64,000 nt of DNA, taken from Felis catus (Eukaryota). The notes beneath the pieces are model-generated. The model saw only the letters and a program-made list of their open reading frames with translations, was not told the origin of the DNA and did not search any database. The DNA lies in contig NC_058372.1 of assembly GCF_018350175.1 (NCBI RefSeq), forward strand, positions 133,176,001 through 133,240,000. Direction: 5' to 3'. The translations under genes were made by a program, and so were the position numbers. Of this stretch, positions 59,356 to 64,000 are shown one piece after another. Position 1 is the stretch's first letter. The number at the start of each line of letters is the position of its first letter.

Positions 59356-59373
59356 ACTGCCATCTTGTGGACA
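59356..59373 (-). promoter_or_regulatory. Candidate CTCF motif
   Basis: Reverse complement TGTCCACAAGATGGCAGT fits CCASNAGRKGGCRS. It lies in unique sequence; binding unknown. Confidence 0.45.
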
Positions 59374-60002
59374 GGGACACATTATCCAAACACCTAAGTG
59401 GAGTGGAGTGGCCCTTTGCTTTCTTAGCTGAACATAAGCAGCCTGTGTGTGAATGTTGCATGATCGAACCAGAGGAAGCACCCTCTTCATTCATTAAACC
59501 ATTTGCCCAGAAAGTGCTCAGTCAAAGCCCAGAGAAACCTTTGTTAATTGTTCTCTATCATTACAGAACCCTAAAATGGTTGTCAGAAATGTGCATGCAA
59601 ATTATCTTCATTTTCTCATTCCTAATATCCGGGAAGAGGGTGAGGGTGATGTCAGAAAAAGGCAACGGGGTGATTTTTATAGGCTTTGTTTCTTGAAGCA
59701 AAAAAGCCCGCATTGTCTTAATTAATGCATTAGCAATTAGACGTTTGCACCCCAAAGAACACAATTTACTGTTGATGATTCGATCGTCTCCTCGCTAAGT
59801 TGCTCCCAGACAAGTTAGTGTCAAAGCTGAAGAAATGTGCGTTTCTCTACATGGATTATAAAATCGGTATTTCACAGAAGGGACAACCTTCTGGTTAGAG
59901 GCCCATATGTATGGCCACTCACATATTAGAATTCAAATTAATTCATCGGCAATGGGCATGAAACAGGAAGAATGAAATGAGACATTAAACAAGAGTCATT
60001 TC

Positions 60003-60232
60003 GGGGCACCTGGGTGGCTCAGTCAGTTGGGCGTCTGACTTAACTCAAGTCATGGTCTCACAGTTCGTGGGTTCAAGCCCCGCATCGGGCTCTGTGCCGA
60101 CTGCTCAGAGCCTGGAGCCTGCTTCGGATTCTGGGTCTCCCTCTCTCTTTGTCCCTCTCCCACTCATGCTATATGTCTCTCTCTCTCTCTCTCTCTCTAA
60201 AAAAATGAATAAATAGTAATAAAAATTAAAAA
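60003..60232 (+). mobile_element. CanSINE
   Basis: Perfect TSD aaacaagagtcatttc. Confidence 0.95.
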
Positions 60233-60719
60233 AACAAGAGTCATTTCACTTTCTGTGGGAGGAGGGGCCCCACCCCTACAAATCTTTCAACTCTTCGATC
60301 CATGTGGCCAATCAATCAGTGATCTCCCATTTCAAATGGCAGAGGTGCCCGGAATATTGTCCTTCGGTATTAAATATCATACTTATTCAAAACCTGAGCC
60401 AGACCATATCTACCATAGGTTCATGCCATTATTATGTCTCCAGGGTGCTTTATTGTCTCCTATTTGGCCTGTAATGAAACTCACATGTGGCACTGAACTT
60501 GTCTTAAAGGAATGGTTTTGTATATGCATCAAATTAGACCTGAAAGAGAAGCAGGGCACTTCCGGCAGGGCTGATTCAGTGGGTGACATGTTCCTAGGTG
60601 TGCTGCCTCTCTCTGCATTGCTCTCCTTCAGCCTTGCCTGCCTGTGTTAGTCACCCTAAGCAAGGTGCTTGGATATTAGCTGTTAGATAAGGCCATGCCC
60701 CATAAGAGAATTGCATATT

Positions 60720-61900
60720 AATGTATTTATTTACCGAACCAAAATGTATTCACCACTCACTACATACCGGTTTTGATGGTAGGCATTGTCATATAAAGAT
60801 GCAAAATCACTCTCCTCCATCCGCCTGGTGTGAGCGGAGTAAGAGAGTAAATTGTTACAGAACCACCTGATAAGCACGATGCCAGAGGTATGTGTGTATG
60901 TGGGGTTAGTAGGAGCTGGTAGTTGTTAGATATAAGGTGCACAAGGAGTTAAGGAAGGAGTGATTATCATGGGACACGGAGGGTAGCCCTGTGGTAGAGG
61001 AACTTTGTTCCATAGTAGGGAGCAATACAGAAGATAAGTGTGAGGGGGTCAAGACTAGAAACAGACTAATTATGAAAACTTCCATTAATCTCAGCTATGG
61101 TAATCCAACCCTAAGCCAAGCAGTGGAAATGGACAAGAGGAGATACTCAGCTCTTAAAGAGGTAGAAATAGCAAGACTTGGTGACAGATACATGGAGTAT
61201 GGAATCCGAAGGGACACTGTTGACAATGTTGCCCTGGTTTCCAGCTCGGGTGACTATGTGAAGTGTGGCGCCATTTTAACGAGGGAGGAAATAGAACTTC
61301 TAAGAAGGGTTGTGGAAGTCAGGGCACTGAGAATCACCTGCCCAGAGACCAGTGGTAGGAAAGTTTCAGGAAGGAAATAGAGAAGATCTGAAAAAGACTC
61401 ATGGAACCTCGTCATTGGACCATGGATTCATTTAGCAAGGCAAATCTGAGGGAAGTGAAGTGATCATAAACCAGAAGGGAGAGGGTTGGAGGAATTAATA
61501 GAAACAAGGATACCCCAGCACATCTTTACTTTGGTTGCATATTAGAATCACATGGGGAGTTTTAAGAGTTATCAGTGGCCAGTCTACATCCCAGACCAAT
61601 GAAAGCCCCCGTGATTCCATGGTGCAGCTAAGATGAAACCACTGATACAGACTCCTTCTAGAAGCTGGAATGGGAAAGAAATGAGAAAGATTAAGAAGCA
61701 CCGCCAAGGAAGGTTATTTTTAAGATGAGAGTTACCTGAAAGTAAACTAAGGAGGCAAAAACTAGTTGAGAGGGAGAGAACAAAACAGGAAAGGGAATAA
61801 TTGATGGCGAAAGACTAAAGGGAATGAGAAGAATGGGAGAGTATTTAGAATTTGCTCTGATGGAAGGAAAGATTTCTGGAGGTGAGGTTGACGAGAGAAG
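60720..61900 (-). mobile_element. Fragmented L2, interrupted by a MER5-like piece (~61520-61645)
   Basis: Purine-rich antisense L2 motifs (aagaggtagaaatagcaagacttggtgac; ggtttccagctcgggtgact). ttggttgcatattagaatcacatgggga...gaaaccactg is MER5-like. Confidence 0.6.
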
Positions 61901-63147
61901 AAGGATGTACGTACAATTAAATTTGTGAGTGAGAGAGGGAGAAGGCTCTTCATTATCGACATGACAGTAATTAAATGCATCTTCAAACAAATCTGTTTGA
62001 AATGTGCCCTGCTGTGAACAAACAAACTTGTTAAAACAAAACCCAACAAAAACAACATTTCAGGGGACTCGTTGAGGGAAGGCTGGGTCCAGACGGATTC
62101 CTTCCGGTTTTTGCTTTGTCTTCAGTTCCCAGTTCCTCACCCCACCCCCACTCTACTCTCAACTCAGCGGATCTCGCAGAGATGGGTCTTGTTCCCTTCC
62201 TGCACCCATTACCGTCCTGCCTCCTTCACCACCTTCACCAATACAAATTTTCATGAGCAATGCCGTCCCATTAGGTTTCAGGAGAAATCACTTAGGCCAT
62301 ATCCTGGGCTCAGTCCATTCGTGATCTGACAGAGGACAGCGAGCCAATGGTGAAGGGAAACATCAGACACGTGACCATGCTTTCAGATGACAGGCTCAGT
62401 CCATTTACTCTCCTTATGTATTCTGTGGTGTGTGCGCATGTGTGCCTACCCACACAATATGTTTGTAGAGCTGTATCTGTCTCGACCTTTTGTCCCATAC
62501 CAGCTTTGCCCAGACGGACCAACGGTAGCTCCTTTTAAGGCATTAAATTTGGGTAGGCTGGCCACTGCTGAGAGACCAGTGGTTGTGTGGCCTGTCTTCA
62601 CCCTGCCTTCACGCTGTTCCTGTGGTATCTTCCGCTGCGAAAACCTTTCTGGCTGACTCTGCCATGAGGGACGCGGGCTGGACGGGAAGCTGTCCTCAGT
62701 CACCTCCGCCTCTCTGACCAGTCTAGCTAGGCCACACAGCTCACGGGATGTCAGTTCAATAGGATGACTGGTCCAGGACCTTCGGATGAATGGCCAGCCT
62801 GTACCTCATAAACTGACTGCCACCCCTAGAACCATTTCCGGACTATTTCTGTTCTGCTCAAGCTGAGCATGAGACGTTCAAGGAAGAGCAAAGTGGAGCG
62901 TTTTGAATGTGACGTATTGAAATTTAGACTCTTAACAAGGTCTATGGTAGGGTTCCAGCTCGTGAAATAAACATGACACACACTAAACTTTTATGATACC
63001 GCACGTGATCCGTTAACAAGATTATCTTCTCGTTTTCCCGATAGAATCGCCAGGAAGAGTCTGAGCCTTGGAGGAAATGCTTGAGGGAAATAAAAGCCAA
63101 TAGAAGCTACCTACAGATGTTTTCTTAGCTATCTTGCAGACCCTTCT

Positions 63148-63215
63148 TTATATTTTTTAAATAGGGCTCAATGTTTGTTAAGCTTATTTATTTTGAGAGA
63201 GAAAGAGTGGGAGAG

Positions 63216-63260
<45 letters not shown>

Positions 63261-63388
63261 AACTCTCAAGCAGGCTCCACACTGTCAGAGCGGCGCCCGA
63301 TGTGAGGCTCCAGCCCACAAACCGTGTGATCATAATCTGAGCCGAAACCAAGAGTCGGATGCTTAACCCCGAGCCACCCAGGCGCCCC
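63148..63388 (-). mobile_element. CanSINE with a short 3' extension
   Basis: Degenerate TSD tgcagacccttcttta/tgcagactgtccttta. Extra unique bases at 63159-63175. Confidence 0.9.
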
Positions 63389-63421
63389 TGCAGACTGTCC
63401 TTTAAAAGTTGTATACTGCAG

Positions 63422-63628
63422 CAGATAAGGATAGAAACTTTGGAGTCAGATAGATCCACTAACCGCTAACTATGTCACTCCTGGCCCAAGCCTGTCTTTC
63501 ACCTGTGAATGGACAGTGATCTGCTATCACGTCATGAGTTTGTTGTCCTGTATACCGAAATATTGCAAGCAGGGCACTTAACAAGGCGCCTGCCTCACAG
63601 TAAGGGCTTGGTAAACATGAACTATGAT
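63422..63628 (+). mobile_element. MIR
   Basis: actttggagtcagatagatcc...tttcacctgtgaatgg...gcacttaacaaggcgcctgcctcacagtaagggct. Confidence 0.75.
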
Positions 63629-63867
63629 TTTTTTTATGACTATGAGAAAAATACTTTTATTGAGGCAAGACAGCAGGGAGGACACATGAGCCAGTGACCC
63701 TGCAAAGTGGAGAGCAGTCTTGCATTCTCTCATATTCCTGAAATGCTGCTACGTGGAAGGAACATTCCTCCCGAGTCCGCATCAGGCAACATTCTTCTTT
63801 ACCTGAACGAAAGGGGTTTGGTTTCTTTCTCTGCCTATTTGCATTTGCTCTTGAAAGAATGATTCTT

Positions 63868-64000
63868 GGGGCGCCTGGGTGGCTCAGTCGGTGAAGCGTC
63901 CACCTTCAGCTCAGGTCGTGATTTCATGGTTGGTGGGTTCAAGCCCCGCATCAGGCTCTGTGCTGACGGCTCGGAGCCCGGAGCCCGCTCTGTCTTCTGT
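63868..64000 (+). mobile_element. CanSINE (cut by window end)
   Basis: ggggcgcctgggtggctcagtcggtgaagcgtcc head and body. Confidence 0.95.

Noticed and set aside
1-64000. Protein-coding interpretation of the supplied ORFs
   Set aside because: Recurrent peptides (VAQSVKRPTSAQVMIS..., LSLSLS, ERERER, YIYI, X-runs) are translations of CanSINEs, microsatellites or gaps. None of the others resembles a protein I recognise, except L1 remnants.
93-64000. tRNA genes suggested by A/B-box heads
   Set aside because: All are CanSINE heads followed by SINE body, CT tract and A-tail, not cloverleaf tRNAs.

Overview
This is mammalian genomic DNA, almost certainly from a felid, because it carries many copies of the cat-type tRNA-derived CanSINE (SINEC_Fc-like) and carnivore L1 3' ends. 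It comes from a gapped draft assembly with 7 N-runs. I find no recognisable protein-coding gene, structural RNA gene or CpG-island promoter. The supplied ORFs are repeat, microsatellite, gap or chance ORFs, apart from decayed L1 ORF1/ORF2 remnants. The window looks like a long intron or intergenic region containing about 37 CanSINEs, many L1/L2/L3/MIR fragments, 7 solo LTRs, several DNA-transposon fossils, microsatellites and a few repeat-free blocks that may be enhancers. I cannot support a new biological system here. The most interesting signals are retrotransposition events: (i) a 39-nt U4 snRNA 5' fragment inserted antisense inside a CanSINE that itself sits in a MER5A; (ii) CanSINEs carrying extra unique 3' sequence ending in a T-run plus a second poly(A), consistent with Pol III read-through/3' transduction; (iii) a twin-primed, 5'-inverted L1; (iv) SINE-in-SINE dimers; (v) an AT-rich expansion inside a MER21 LTR. 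Repeat family names are recalled from consensus sequences, not from a database search, and old-repeat boundaries are approximate.
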